Positions 1 to 13,280 are shown, numbered from the whole stretch's first letter. The stretch: 63,013 nucleotides of DNA, filler included, from Octopus bimaculoides (GCF_001194135.2; 5 parts of 5 records of this genome joined end to end with filler, not necessarily neighbours in it), one strand, 5' to 3'. The notes: generated from the sequence alone by a model not told the origin. A program made the numbers and translations.

Positions 1-333
1 TATATATAGGAATATATACAACATACCCATATCTTGAGCAAACACACACTCACGCATATATATCGTACAAAAATTACACCTCCTTTCCTATCAACATATA
101 ATGGGTCATAAATTTCAGTATCTTTGAGCTGTAGTACCACGTAGGAGAAGTCGACGGAGAACTTAAAGAATGGTTTAAATGAGGATTGGTTAAGATATTC
201 GCTTATGAATTCCATTGAATTTTATACGAAATTTAAATGCCATAGTCATTTATCCCGCAGTTTCTTTTCTAACGTCGGAAATTTTATTACATTAATTATC
301 AATATTTTCTTTCTTACTTCTTTTTTCTTACAG

Positions 334-409
334 TTTTAACTTCACCATGCCTGCATCGATTATCACATTCTTGTGTGTTTCCCGCTTCTCTCTCCCTTTT
401 GTTCCTCAG
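334..409 (+). CDS. Candidate isolated exon of an unidentified gene (FNFTMPASIITFLCVSRFSLPFVPQ in one open frame)
   Basis: Long polypyrimidine tract ending CAG (301-333), donor CAG|GTATGT at 409/410, and ACCATG at 344-349. No homology recognised. Confidence 0.3.
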
Positions 410-1320
410 GTATGTAATTTATATTTTCAGTTCTTGGATTGCAGACGAATACACTTCAAAGTGACAATTAGTAATCAGGCTGTTCGTTCATGAAAGACTT
501 ATCAATGTTACTCTCATACAGAAGCTTTCTGATACTGTATGCATGCATGGCCTTTTGATACGTTGTGCTTGAGTCATACGATTTTCTTTGGAAATGTATT
601 CAGGTTTTTTTAGACGAGGAATACTGATATATCTCAAATTAGATCTGGCTGATACAGATTGATAAGGCATGCTCGGTAGATGACTATCTTATTGTACCAG
701 TATATATACAGCGTAGCTGTGTGATAACAAGGTTGCTTCTAACCACATAGTAGGGAGTTCAATCCAATTGGGTGGCCTGTTCTGTGAATGTCGATAAAAG
801 GTAAAAGATGAGACAAGGAGCCTGGAACTATTGTGTTCGTCCATAATCGGGAATATGTGTATGCATGCATATATAAAAATATATATTATTGTGATTATGT
901 TAAACTGTCGTATGTCTAAATTTGACCACTATTTAATTTTGCTTGCAATAGCCGGTTGTTTTGCTCAAACTATCGTATCTCCAGCTGCTTCATATAGCAA
1001 GATATGAACATTTTCTAAGTGTAGTACAGCTGTTTAGCATTTTTTTAAAAGTGTAGTAAGTGTCACATACGACAGTTTTGCTAAACTATTTCTGACTGAA
1101 AACATCATACATGCATAATATTGTTAAACTGAAATTGTTGCTAATGTTAGAAAATGGAATGATGAAACTATTTTTTCGTTTTCTGAAAAAAGCAATGTTT
1201 TGTACTAAGGACACTTTTGCACAATACATATTTATATATATCAATTAAATAATGAGGGTAAACATTGATATTAATCGATTAACATCAATTAAAACAAATT
1301 AAAACCAATCAATCCCTAGG

Positions 1321-1362
1321 GATATCTGAAGAAAGAATTTTTATATTCCGAAATATTATATC
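1321..1362 (+). ncRNA. Minimal type I hammerhead ribozyme-like motif, probably degraded
   Basis: GATAT-CTGAAGA-AA-GAAT(loop)ATTC-C-GAAA-TAT-T-ATATC. Stem I has 5 perfect bp, the core is intact, stem III is the palindrome ATAT, and there is an A.C mismatch at the base of stem II. Confidence 0.5.
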
Positions 1363-1579
1363 AAACTATGGATGACTGGGGTTGAATTATTGACCGGAAG
1401 AAAATTGTAACTGGGTCCCACGTGACATATCATGTGTTGTTGCACTTCAGGCAAGGTCTTAATGCTGCGAACATAGTTATGATGCATATGCCTAGTGTGC
1501 CCTTATCAGAAGGGTAGCCATGGTGTATATGTACTCCAGTGTCATTTTAATGCAATGCGCGGCACTTTCACTCAAGAGG

Positions 1580-1825
1580 AAGAAGAAGAAAAAGAAAAAA
1601 ATGAAGAAGAAGAAGAAGAAGAAGAAGAAGAAGAAGAAGAAGAAGAAGAAGAAGGAGAAGAAGAAGAAGTAGAAGAAGAAGCGGAGGAAGAAGAAGAAGA
1701 AGAAGAAGAAGAAGAAGAAGAAGAAGAACAACAACAACAAGAACAACAACAACAACAACAAAAACAACAGCAAGAGCAGCAGTAGCAGCCGCAAGAACAA
1801 CAACAACAATAATAATAATAATACT
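1580..1825. repeat. Compound microsatellite (GAA)n-(CAA/CAG)n-(TAA)n
   Basis: Read directly; explains the poly-E/Q/L/S pseudo-ORFs. Confidence 0.97.
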
Positions 1826-1869
1826 TTCTATTGGATGCACAAGGCCTCAAATTATTGTTCTTTTTTGGT

Positions 1870-1975
1870 GGGGCGGGTAACTAGCCGGTCAGTTCGGTCC
1901 CAGTGTTTCACTGGTACTTAATTTATGGAGCCCTAAAGGATGAAAGCCAAAGTCGACCTCAGCGGAACTTGAAGT
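1870..1975 (-). mobile_element. SINE family B partial copy followed by (TAA)n
   Basis: Reverse complement of the family core (gactttggctttcatcctttagg...ataaattaagtaccagtg). Confidence 0.75.
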
Positions 1976-2115
1976 AATAATAATAATAATAATAATAATA
2001 ATCATAATAATAATAATAATAACACCTACATGAACTTCTAACTTGTTGTCTCTTGAGGTCTCTGGGTGAGACTTGGATCCAACTTGTACAAATGCAAAAC
2101 AAAAGTCAAACATAA

Positions 2116-2180
<65 letters not shown>

Positions 2181-2513
2181 TAATAATAATAATAATGAAT
2201 AAATAAATAAATAAAAATAACATTTATAATAATAACAGCAACAATAATAATAGTGCTTGTGTTTGTGTGTGGAGGAGTGTGAGTGTGACAATACCTATAC
2301 ACTTGTGTTATTGCTTATTATGAAAATCATATACGTGATCGTGTTTTTTCTTCGACTCCATTGGTTGCTGTTAGCACTTTATAAATATATGAATATTTAA
2401 AGATGGAAGAAAATTTATTTCTGAAGAAAACGTATCAGTACTTTAGATCACAGAGTATCATCTACCCGGGGATGTGTTTTTTATTTACGCTGTCATGCGT
2501 GTGTGTGTGTGTA

Positions 2514-2569
<56 letters not shown>

Positions 2570-3689
2570 TGTGAGCGTTTGCGTATCTGTGTTATTGCGT
2601 ATGTGTGAGTGTGTAGTCTTTTAAATGTCAGACCTGAAATCATACATTCATGAACACTGTCTCGTGGCTATAAAGTTGCCAAGACTTTACCATACTTCAA
2701 TCAATATTCCAACATATATGTGTGAGACTGCGCTTACATATGCATACATTCATCCACGCACAGCACACATACACACACATATATATGTAAACATGTGTGA
2801 GTGTGCGTGCGCGTGTTGGTATGGATGTTTTTAACTGATTTTTCAGTGCAGTATATTTTGAATTTATCAATATTTATGATTTTTCTAATTGTACATCTAA
2901 TACACGCCGACTTCATCCACTTGGTAGCTAATCTCAAGGAATGAATGCAAATTTCTGTGAAATTATTGATATCTTCAAACACAGCTGCTGTAAAAATTAA
3001 ATAGATTTAAGGGGGGAAAGCTTTATAGATTATCGATATCTTGTGATGCTGTATTTTCTAATTTCGTTTTGTGTTAGTTTCGTTTTTGGTTTTCACAAAG
3101 AAATATGATTTTTTTTAACAAATCAAAACAAAAATTAAACGAAAAAAATGATATGATATATATTTTGTTGCAATTTGATACGACTATTCATTCTATGCGT
3201 AGATATCTTATGTTGTTAATATTAAATATGGTTAAATAGACAGGTCATGAAAATAGCTGATTAATCGATCCTGCATTTCAGATATGCAAATATATTATTG
3301 CACCTTACAGATTTAGAAATAACATTTCTTAGAGTGATATACTGTTTTCGAATCACCAAGTTGCTTCTGTTCGGTTCTGATATGATCTTTTAAATGGGAG
3401 ACAAATAAAGACTCGCTGAAAATATTAAATATTTCAGTTTGTAATCTTACAGTTGGTTATGTGGTGTACAGTTATGGCAGATGTTGGTTTTCATGTATTT
3501 CCTTTGTTCTTTTTATTTGTGTCTTTTGTTAATTGAAACATCATATANNNNNNNNNNNNNNNNNNNNNNNNNNNNNNNNNNNNNNNNNNNNNNNNNNNNN
3601 NNNNNNNNNNNNNNNNNNNNNNNNNNNNNNNNNNNNNNNNNNNNNNNNNNNNNNNNNNTATATATTTATATGAATATATATATGTGTGT

Positions 3690-3850
3690 ATATGTTTGTG
3701 TGTCAGTGTTTGTTCCCCCATCATCGATAGACAACAGATACCGATAGAATAAGCCCTCCTCGGCTTACAAAAATTAAGTCCTAGGATCGATTTCTTCAAC
3801 TAAAGGCGGTCTTCCAGCATGGCCGCAGACAAAGGCCTGAAACAGAAAAA
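3690..3850 (+). mobile_element. SINE family A, 3-prime half
   Basis: accgatagaataag...aaggcggt...ccagcatggccgcag matches the copies at 7.3, 20.4 and 38.6 kb. Confidence 0.8.
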
Positions 3851-4091
3851 AAGAAGAAAAAAGAAGAATATAAGAAGACTATGGTTAGAAATAAGTCATA
3901 CAAGCGTTTGTCTTCCCTTAATGGGAATATTCACCCGCCATGAAATCTTATAGTAGTCGCTCACCTTTGTCTCTATTTCTCCCTTTCTTACTCCGTAAGC
4001 AACTGTAGGCACCAACAGCCGTAGTTCCCAGTTAAATTACCATAAGTCATGAAAGACTAAGATTTTATCATTTATCGTACAAATGACATTG

Positions 4092-4306
4092 AAAGTCAGT
4101 GAGCTGGCAGAAACGTTAGTACGGCGGGCGAAATAACTAGCCGCATTTCGTGTCTTTAACTTCCGAGTTCATATTCCACTGTTGTTGACTTTGCTTTTCA
4201 TCCTCTCGGGATCGATAAATTAAGTAGCAGTTGCGTACTGGGATCGTTCTAATCGACTGGCCCCTTCCCCAAAAATTTCGGGCAATGTGCCTAGAGTAAT
4301 TTAGAA
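4092..4306 (+). mobile_element. SINE family B, full copy with 14-bp target-site duplication
   Basis: tRNA-like head, family core and tail, flanked by the perfect direct repeat tacaaatgacattg (4078-4091 and 4307-4320). Confidence 0.9.
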
Positions 4307-4627
4307 TACAAATGACATTGGAATGATTTATAATATATGAAGAAAAGATATACAAGAGAGCAAGAAAGAAATAATTATACATAGCAATGATGAATCTGTA
4401 AAAAAAAAAAAATATATATATATATGATTGTTGTGATTCTGATAACATTACCGAGTAATAAGAGATGTACGTTGTTATAAACATTGGCCCTATACTAACA
4501 TGGGTTCAAGGAAGGCGCAACAGGTGTGGCATTGTCTTAGTTCACCACTGGTACAATGTGAGTCTCGCTCCGATATATATTGGGATTGTAATGGACCATA
4601 TCTGTAAAGAGATTTCTCTCTTAGAGA

Positions 4628-4675
<48 letters not shown>

Positions 4676-4789
4676 GAGAGAGGGAGAGAGAGAGAGATAT
4701 GTATCTATGTCTGTTTCGATGCACATTTTTTTTATAATACTTCGCTTTCTCTTAGGAATTATGAATCCCTTCAAGTAGGATTTCGATAT

Positions 4790-4890
4790 TAACCCATTAA
4801 GACACACTGTCCTACATGTAGGACACTAAATGAGAACATTATATAAGCTATATCACATTGTATCAGTGTCCTATTTACAGGACACCGAGT
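4790..4890 (+). mobile_element. Possible piggyBac-type (TTAA-CCC) MITE end
   Basis: Starts ttaacccattaag; contains the internal palindrome gtcctacatgtaggac. No partner end found. Confidence 0.3.
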
Positions 4891-6109
4891 ATTTCCATTT
4901 CTACTTGAAGTAAAGGAGTTTTAATAATTATTTTTTAAATTTTAATCTATTTTCAATCATCTGTAAACATTTAAACTAATATTCAGAAATTTAAGTTTAT
5001 ATCATCAAAAACTTTACAGAATCTCATCCAGGTTGATATAAGAAATAGCCTTTGGATGGTAAGAATGACCAAAGGAAGAAATTCCATGGCAACATTCATA
5101 CAAGGAGGGATAAATATATGCAAATTAATTTTTAATGGAAGCCTGTGCGACTAAGTATATTTAGCATAGGCATTGCTCTCCGTATTCTTTCTGGCACAAG
5201 GCCAAACGTTTGGCATAGGTAAACGGTCGATTATATCGATCCCTAAACTGAAGTGGTGCTGATTTTATGACCCGAGGGCGTAAAGGAAGAAGTGGGCTCG
5301 GGGGGTTTGCAATGAGTAAATATCAAATGCCGCTAAGCAATGTTTCCTGACGTGGGAAAGATTCTGCTGGCACGCCGCACTGCAGTTTAACTGCTATATA
5401 ACTACGGAAGAATATCTAACTGAGTCTGTTGTAGAGTCAACATTTTGAAAATTCTATATAATGAATAATTTTCAATTACACGTCTGTCTGGTCGATTTCA
5501 GTGAAAATTAGGTTAAAATTAATTATGCGTGAATTAATAAAGTCTGTACTATGTGTTTCACTAATCAAACGTTAAACAAATAACTTGCAAAGAAAGAACA
5601 TTAATTACAACAAATTGAATCCCGCTCAATTTTCGTTGAACCGATATAGAACCGAATATATTTGGCGAATTATCTTATTGAAAACATGATACTTGATGAG
5701 ATGCATACTGTATCGGATGATGGAACACAGTCGGTTGTACAATATCCCACCCACAATGAACAGATGCAGGATGGTTCGAAAAACAAATATTGTAATGAAT
5801 AAGGATTCTTATGAACGCCATTTTCCATCTCCCTGATGCATTATAAACTCAACAGACACTTCGGAATTGCTGATGTATTTACACTGACAATTATGTCCGG
5901 AGTCTTGATGACATGAGGTAGCGAAAACTGTGGAAGTGCTCTCCAGCGAAAGTTCTCTAATCGGCATACTACGAAACGTAAATCCTAAGTCTAAATAAAT
6001 TCTTATGTGTGTGTATGTTCGTGTGTGATTGTGTGTGTGTGGGGGTGGTGGGGCTGTACGTCTGCATGTATGCATACATATACATATAATTAATTCCCCA
6101 AAAGGAAGA

Positions 6110-6270
6110 AAAAAGGAAAAAAATAACAACACATGGACATGCAAAGTATTTAAGACGGTCAGAGAAGGAAACAAAGGGTTTTTCATGTTTCGAGCAAAGC
6201 TCTTCGTCGGATGCAGGAGACGGAAGGGAGTCCAAGAGAAAAGGAAGACGGAGGGAAAAATCACTAACAA
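6110..6270 (-). mobile_element. Interspersed repeat carrying a degraded hammerhead-like motif (6181-6214)
   Basis: Minus strand reads CCGACGA-A-GAGC-TTT-GCTC-GAAAC, with downstream sequence loosely similar to the 19.8 and 45.8 kb elements. Confidence 0.45.
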
Positions 6271-6737
6271 TGCACATGTAGTTACACATACATGCATGCA
6301 GACACACACACACACTCATATATATATACATATGTGTGAATGTGTGTGTGGGTGTGCGTGTGTGTGTGTGTGTGTGTGTATGTATGGATGTATGTATTTA
6401 ATAAGATATTGAAATCAAACAGAAAATAGAGAAATATTGATCAACAAGAATTGATTTACATCAATTATTTTTTTACAGTTTGCAGTTGTTTACTCTCTGG
6501 AATTGAAACAGCTGTATAGGATGTTTGTCAATTTTTTTATTAACAAATAAAAATTTAGGAATTGGCTCGCTGTTTTCTTACATTATTATAATAAATAAAT
6601 ATATATAAACCACGGTTTATATAGTTTCCTTCCAGTTGAGTATTAACTGTAATGTTCAACATTCTTTGAACAGATTACTTATTTTCATAAGATATTACAA
6701 TCCCTGAATGAGGTTTGTAACCTCTATTGTGTACTTT

Positions 6738-6791
<54 letters not shown>

Positions 6792-6984
6792 TGTATATTC
6801 ATAGTTTATAGATGTGAGAAAGATATTCTCTGCATAGAATACACTTCGTAATGCCCACGAGGTTTACACTTGTGTAAGTAGAGGAGTATATTTAAGGTTA
6901 AAACAAGTTAGACAAGTCGATATACCGAAAAAAAATGAATTAACTACATTTAATACAAAAATGCACATGTGTGGTAAGTAGCTA

Positions 6985-7153
6985 GGCGCAGGAGCAGCTA
7001 TGTGGATAGTAGCTTGCTTACCAACCACAAGGTTCCAAGTTCATACCCACTGCGTGGCACCTTGTGCAAGTGTCTCCTACTATAGCCTCGGGCCGATCAA
7101 AGCCTTGTGAGTGGATTTGGTAGACGGAAACTGAAAGAAGTCCGTCGTACGTA

Positions 7154-7204
<51 letters not shown>

Positions 7205-7420
7205 TTATGTTTGTGTGTCTGTGTTTGTTCCCCCAACATCACTTGACAACCGATGGTGGTGTGTTTACGTCCCCGTAACTTAACGTTTGGGCAAGACAGA
7301 CCGATAGAATAAGTACTATGCTTCCAAAGAATACGTCCTGGGATCGATTCGTTCGACTAAAGGTGGTGCTCCAGCATGGCCGCAGTGAAATGACTGAAAC
7401 AAATAAAAGAGTAAAAGAGT
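6985..7420 (+). mobile_element. SINE family A, full-length (tRNA-like head, internal (TA)/(TG) microsatellite, tail)
   Basis: A/B-box-like head; shared body and tail with more than 10 other copies in the window. Confidence 0.9.
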
Positions 7421-7572
7421 ATGTGTTTGCATATAGAAGACCCAACTTACACAGTAATGATATTAGGAATTAAAAGGGGTTAGGTATTAAGGGGATTTAC
7501 GAGTTCAACATCTATGTCTTGGGGCTTGGTAGTCCAAAATGATGATTTTAAATTCATAACACCAGCCTCTGT

Positions 7573-7614
7573 TTTCAGGGAAAAAGTTTTACATTTCAGG
7601 GAAAAAGTTTTACA
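7573..7614. repeat. Perfect 21-bp tandem duplication
   Basis: tttcagggaaaaagttttaca x2. Confidence 0.95.
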
Positions 7615-8487
7615 TAAGATATTAGATCACGTACGAAAAGGCGCATGCAAAATCATTTATCTTGCTACATTTACGTTAGTGAATTTTTATAAACATTAAC
7701 AAGCATTGCGATAATCACTCATGTTGCTAAATCCGCTTCAAGCCAATTTCATGCATTTTCACTCATGGACCATAAATCAATGATCTTATTCGATTCTTCA
7801 CAATCAATCAATCATTTCATGAGTAATAGAAAAATATACATTGATAAACCGTGATAACAACAAAATGCAAAAATAATAACTAGCTTAATATTTGAAGTTC
7901 ATATCAATTGACCAGTCTGTTATGGGATGAGACAAGAAAAGACGCTTAATATCTTTTGAGGCTGCATCAAAATATCAAAGGTGAATTTGTGCTAGTATAC
8001 TGCGTAAAGGAGAAACATGTGAAGAAGTATTAGCTGACTACAATCACTGACAGCATGAAAATATCAAAAGTCAATAAACACGATTTGTTAGCCATTTGTC
8101 GGACACAGAGGGTACATACCCACACGCTCAAATATTGTGGGGAAATGTATACAGACATGCATGCACGGTGAAGGTTTCTCTCCTATATAAACATAGAAAC
8201 ACCACGTATATCAATAAGCAAACTAACACAACTGCATCACGCTGAATTCACAATAAGCAAAGAAGAATACAGAATTCTCAAGTTTTCCTCTCGTTTTTAA
8301 AAAAAAATATTTTCCTTGTTATATAAGTTTGTGCGTGTCGGTGTGTATCCGTATGCATAACACACATACACACATACACACACACACACCCATACATCCA
8401 TAAACACATATACATACAAACATATATATATGTATATAACATGTATATTCACACAAAGAGGAACGCACAAATGCACGCAAAAATACA

Positions 8488-8542
<55 letters not shown>

Positions 8543-8991
8543 NNNNNNNNNNNNNNNNNNNNNNNNNNNNNNNNNNNNNNNNNNNNNNNNNNNNNNNNNN
8601 NNNNNNNNNNNNNNNNNNNNNNNNNNNNNNNNNNNNNNNNNNNNNNNNNNNNNNNNNNNNNNNNNNNNNNNNNNNNNNNNNNNNNNNNNNNNNNNNNNNN
8701 NNNNNNNNNNNNNNNNNNNNNNNNNNNNNNNNNNNNNNNNNNNNNNNNNNNNNNNNNNNNNNNNNNNNNNNNNNNNNNNNNNNNNNNNNNNNNNNNNNNN
8801 NNNNNNNNNNNNNNNNNNNNNNNNNNNNNNNNNNNNNNNNNATACATTTATCAGTTTATGTATTTAACTATCTATCTTTGTATATAAATTCATTCATATA
8901 TAGACATACATATATACACGCAAACACATAAATGTATATGCATACATACACACATGTAAATTATATATGTGTGTGTGTATATATGTATATG

Positions 8992-9034
<43 letters not shown>

Positions 9035-10939
9035 ATGTGCGTGTGTCTGTGTGTGTATGTATGTGTGTGTCTGTGTGTGTGTGAGTGTGTGTGCGTGTGT
9101 GTGTGTGTGCGCCTATTTTCTTCCATACGCACGTGAAGACACTTGCGCGTCACGTTTGTGTTCATGATCGTATGTGTTTGTGCGTAGTGTGTGCATGTGC
9201 GTGTGTGTGTATTTGAGTGAATGTATGTATGCTTCTGTGTCTGCGTGCCAGTGTTTCGACTTGTATGTGAGGATATAATGATTTCTCTTTATCGAAGCTA
9301 GACTTTGAAGATTTTCTTTCTAATATTTTCATGATTTGTAACTCCTTCAAAAGATGAAGAGGCACGTTGTTGTGACAGGAACAATCTATTTATAAAGTCG
9401 TAAATTCATTTCAAATAACATTCTGCGTATTTGCATATTTTTGAAAGTTTATGTATGATTATTGCCTTGTATATGGGCATATATATTAATAGATAGAGAA
9501 ATACACACATTCCCAGGCATATGTATGTGTGTGTGCGATATTTTGTTTGAGATTTTATGGATGCATATATATATACATACATANNNNNNNNNNNNNNNNN
9601 NNNNNNNNNNNNNNNNNNNNNNNNNNNNNNNNNNNNNNNNNNNNNNNNNNNNNNNNNNNNNNNNNNNNNNNNNNNNNNNNNNNNNNNNNNNNNNNNNNNN
9701 NNNNNNNNNNNNNNNNNNNNNNNNNNNNNNNNNNNNNNNNNNNNNNNNNNNNNNNNNNNNNNNNNNNNNNNNNNNNNNNNNNNNNNNNNNNNNNNNNNNN
9801 NNNNNNNNNNNNNNNNNNNNNNNNNNNNNNNNNNNNNNNNNNNNNNNNNNNNNNNNNNNNNNNNNNNNNNNNNNNNNNNNNNNNNNNNNNNNNNNNNNNN
9901 NNNNNNNNNNNNNNNNNNNNNNNNNNNNNNNNNNNNNNNNNNNNNNNNNNNNNNNNNNNNNNNNNNNNNNNNNNNNNNNNNNNNNNNNNNNNNNNNNNNN
10001 NNNNNNNNNNNNNNNNNNNNNNNNNNNNNNNNNNNNNNNNNNNNNNNNNNNNNNNNNNNNNNNNNNNNNNNNNNNNNNNNNNNNNNNNNNNNNNNNNNNN
10101 NNNNNNNNNNNNNNNNNNNNNNNNNNNNNNNNNNNNNNNNNNNNNNNNNNNNNNNNNNNNNNNNNNNNNNNNNNNNNNNNNNNNNNNNNNNNNNNNNNNN
10201 NNNNNNNNNNNNNNNNNNNNNNNNNNNNNNNNNNNNNNNNNNNNNNNNNNNNNNNNNNNNNNNNNNNNNNNNNNNNNNNNNNNNNNNNNNNNNNNNNNNN
10301 NNNNNNNNNNNNNNNNNNNNNNNNNNNNNNNNNNNNNNNNNNNNNNNNNNNNNNNNNNNNNNNNNNNNNNNNNNNNNNNNNNNNNNNNNNNNNNNNNNNN
10401 NNNNNNNNNNNNNNNNNNNNNNNNNNNNNNNNNNNNNNNNNNNNNNNNNNNNNNNNNNNNNNNNNNNNNNNNNNNNNNNNNNNNNNNNNNNNNNNNNNNN
10501 NNNNNNNNNNNNNNNNNNNATATATATATATATATATATATAATCCAAGCAAAAAAACAAAATCAGACATTGAGAAACACACCTTCTTGTTTTAAACAGT
10601 ACTCTTTCACGTTATTTCTTTGCTTCATTCATTTCCACACTATAGAGAACAGCCTGTCTTCATTGTTATAATCTTATACATTGTGAAAAATTTCACAACA
10701 CGTAGGTTCTGATTTCATTTCTTTTATAAAACATTGCTTTCTCCATTTTGAAACAGAAACCGACATTAAAACTGGGTGTGTGAACCTAAAAATGTTCACA
10801 TATTCAAACCTATTCAAACATTCAGACATTCTAAACGAAACACAAACAGACCGATGCAAAATAGTAAACACGCGCACGCAATCGCAATGTAGTTGTACAT
10901 ACTGATGCGAAGGTATATATGTTTGTTTATGTGTATGTA

Positions 10940-10970
<31 letters not shown>

Positions 10971-11114
10971 AGTTTAATGTATATAAGTATGTAACTATAT
11001 ATACATGATTCAGAATTATGCATGAAACATATTTACAAATACCTGAGGTAACGTATGGGAGCAAAAATGAAATGTTTTGTGGGATAATACTTCACTGCCC
11101 TCACAGATACTACG

Positions 11115-11146
<32 letters not shown>

Positions 11147-11190
11147 NNNNNNNNNNNNNNNNNNNNNNNNNNNNNNNNNNNNNNNNNNNN

Positions 11191-11202
11191 TTAATTAATT
11201 AA
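11191..11202. other. Scaffolding marker TTAATTAATTAA inside a 100-bp N block (also 18721-18732, 41088-41099, 54956-54967)
   Basis: The identical 12-mer sits between two ~44-N runs four times; assembly artefact. Confidence 0.9.
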
Positions 11203-11246
11203 NNNNNNNNNNNNNNNNNNNNNNNNNNNNNNNNNNNNNNNNNNNN

Positions 11247-11296
<50 letters not shown>

Positions 11297-11551
11297 TATA
11301 TATGCATATACACTCCTCCCTGTATATATGTACATGCACATGTATACACACGCATGCATATTCATCAATTTATATGTACATATATATATATATATATACA
11401 CACACACATACGTATATATGCATGCATATATATGCATACACACCCATATATATACATGCACACACACACAAAAACATATACATTATACATATATATTTAT
11501 ATATACACACACACACATGTCGGTATAAATAATGCAAGAACTCTAAAGAGA

Positions 11552-11592
<41 letters not shown>

Positions 11593-11919
11593 CCATGGCA
11601 TAGAAGAACCAAAATATTCTTTCTCCTGCTCTTTTGCCATAACCCTAAAACCAATTCCAATATGCCAAAGTTGGAAATATTGCCAACATTTTTGGCTCAT
11701 CTCGGCATCAAATAAGGGGATTATATCACACACACACACACACACACACACAATTAAAAGGGCAGTTTCGTCCCTTCTTGGGCTCCTTCACCTTCCCCTG
11801 CCTCCTGCTTAGTCTTCTGCATTCTTCGAGGTATTTGGAAGGAAAGGACAAACCTTTCCTGGCCAAAAGTATTTGGAGATGCTAATGAGAGGTCAAGTTC
11901 TCCTCCAGCTCCCAATAAC

Positions 11920-12180
11920 ACCACTACCACCACTACCATAACTAACATCAGCATCACCAACATCATCACTACCACTACAAACACCACCAATACTACTACT
12001 ACTACTACCATTGTTACCACCACCACTGTTATCACCACCACCACCAACACCACCACTATCATCATCATCACTATTAACACCATATGGATATTATTAATCA
12101 CACCGCTCCAATCTCTATGGCTACCTCCACCACCACCACCACCACCACCACCACCACCACCACCAGCCCAACTACCAGGC
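11920..12180. repeat. Degenerate (CAC/CAT/ACT)n low-complexity tract; similar tracts at 13870-14110, 31860-32010, 41220-41540 and 55960-56700
   Basis: Read directly. Confidence 0.9.
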
Positions 12181-12549
12181 CACCCTTTTTCCATTCTGAG
12201 TTCAAACCTTAGTAAGGCCAACTTAACCTTTCATCCATCTGGCCAGGTGGTTTTCGAGGTGGTGGTGTTGATGGTGGTGGGAGAATTGATAGAATCGGGT
12301 ACCAGTCATGCACTGGGGGTTAATATAATCGACACACTCTGCTCCCCCAACCTCTTTTCCCTGTGTTAGAGAAATTATTGTATGCTTTTCAGTTGTTTCT
12401 GTCACTGAACCGTGGCCATACTGGGGCATTACATTGAAAAATCTTAGCTGAACAAATCAACCCCCAAGGATATATTTTTTTAAAGCCTGGTACTTATTAT
12501 ATCAATCTCTTTTGCTGAGCTGCAAAGTCATGGGGTATGTGAGTAATTT

Positions 12550-13280
12550 AAAAATACCTCACGGAGTGACAACCGTGCCCTGCATAGTTAGGGGTTGCCC
12601 TTTGGCAAGGCATAGCACCTTTTCAGTCACCCTGCCAGAGATATGGTGAAGTCATGGGATTGCAACATGGCAGATTGTGAAGTGGCAGTAGAAGAGCTCC
12701 ACTGAGCCAACAGTGATTCTTCCATTGATTCTGAGAGGAAGAATCTTGGAAGACCAATGGCCAGGATCACCAAGCTCTATCAAGAGAGTAACTGCAATGC
12801 TTCCATTGGGTGGTGGTGGCCATGGTTGTGTAATCGGCTGATGAAAGACTCATTATAATTGAAGTTCCCAATTCACATTCGTTGTAATGGAAAAGGGTTG
12901 GTGAGAGAGAGTCATGGGAACCCATGAAAGTAGGATGGTGGATTGCGAAGAGGAAGCGAGAGAGCTCAACTGAGCCAACTGTGAATGTGTAAATGTGTGT
13001 ATGGGTATATATATATGTGTGTGTGTGTGTATATGTATCTATGTATAATGCATATGTACATATGCATGTGCATATGCTCATCTGCATATGAGAATGTGTG
13101 TGTGTGTATATATGTGCATGTGTGTGTGTGTGTATGTGTGTTGATGCAAGACTGGTCATCATATTCCTTAGGATATCATCCATGACTGTGACAAGTATGG
13201 GGTATGGCAATGAAGGGACAAGAGGGTTTTAATAGGGGCTTGACCAGGTCCCAGGTAATTAGGTGAACGGGTGGGAAGGT
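12550..13280 (-). mobile_element. Decayed non-LTR retrotransposon ORF2 piece (endonuclease-RT linker-like), interrupted by a microsatellite
   Basis: Frameshifted FHYNE/NWEL/FNY and KILPLR/NQWKNHCWLS patches resemble I/Jockey-type linkers; many stops. Confidence 0.3.

Noticed and set aside
1492-1850. Poly-E/Q, poly-L/F and poly-S ORFs, plus similar ones at 41.5-42.0 kb, 56.2-56.8 kb and all YI/CV/HT/RE-repeat ORFs
   Set aside because: Translations of di- and trinucleotide microsatellites.
5905-5990. TTGATGA...GTAG/CTAC-GAAACGTA hammerhead-like arrangement
   Set aside because: C3 is missing, six extra nt lie before stem II, and stem I is poor.
8120-8182. Minus-strand AG/GT-bounded 63 nt starting GEKP (C2H2 linker-like)
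   Set aside because: No CxxC...HxxxH finger follows; likely chance.
9406-10671. Long ORFs full of X (also at 13.2, 17.0, 25.3, 31.1, 33.7, 34.5 and 58.4 kb)
   Set aside because: They are open only because N runs contain no stop codons.
11191-11202. Recurrent TTAATTAATTAA 12-mer (4 copies)
   Set aside because: Always centred in a 100-bp N block, so it is a scaffolding marker and not a biological motif.
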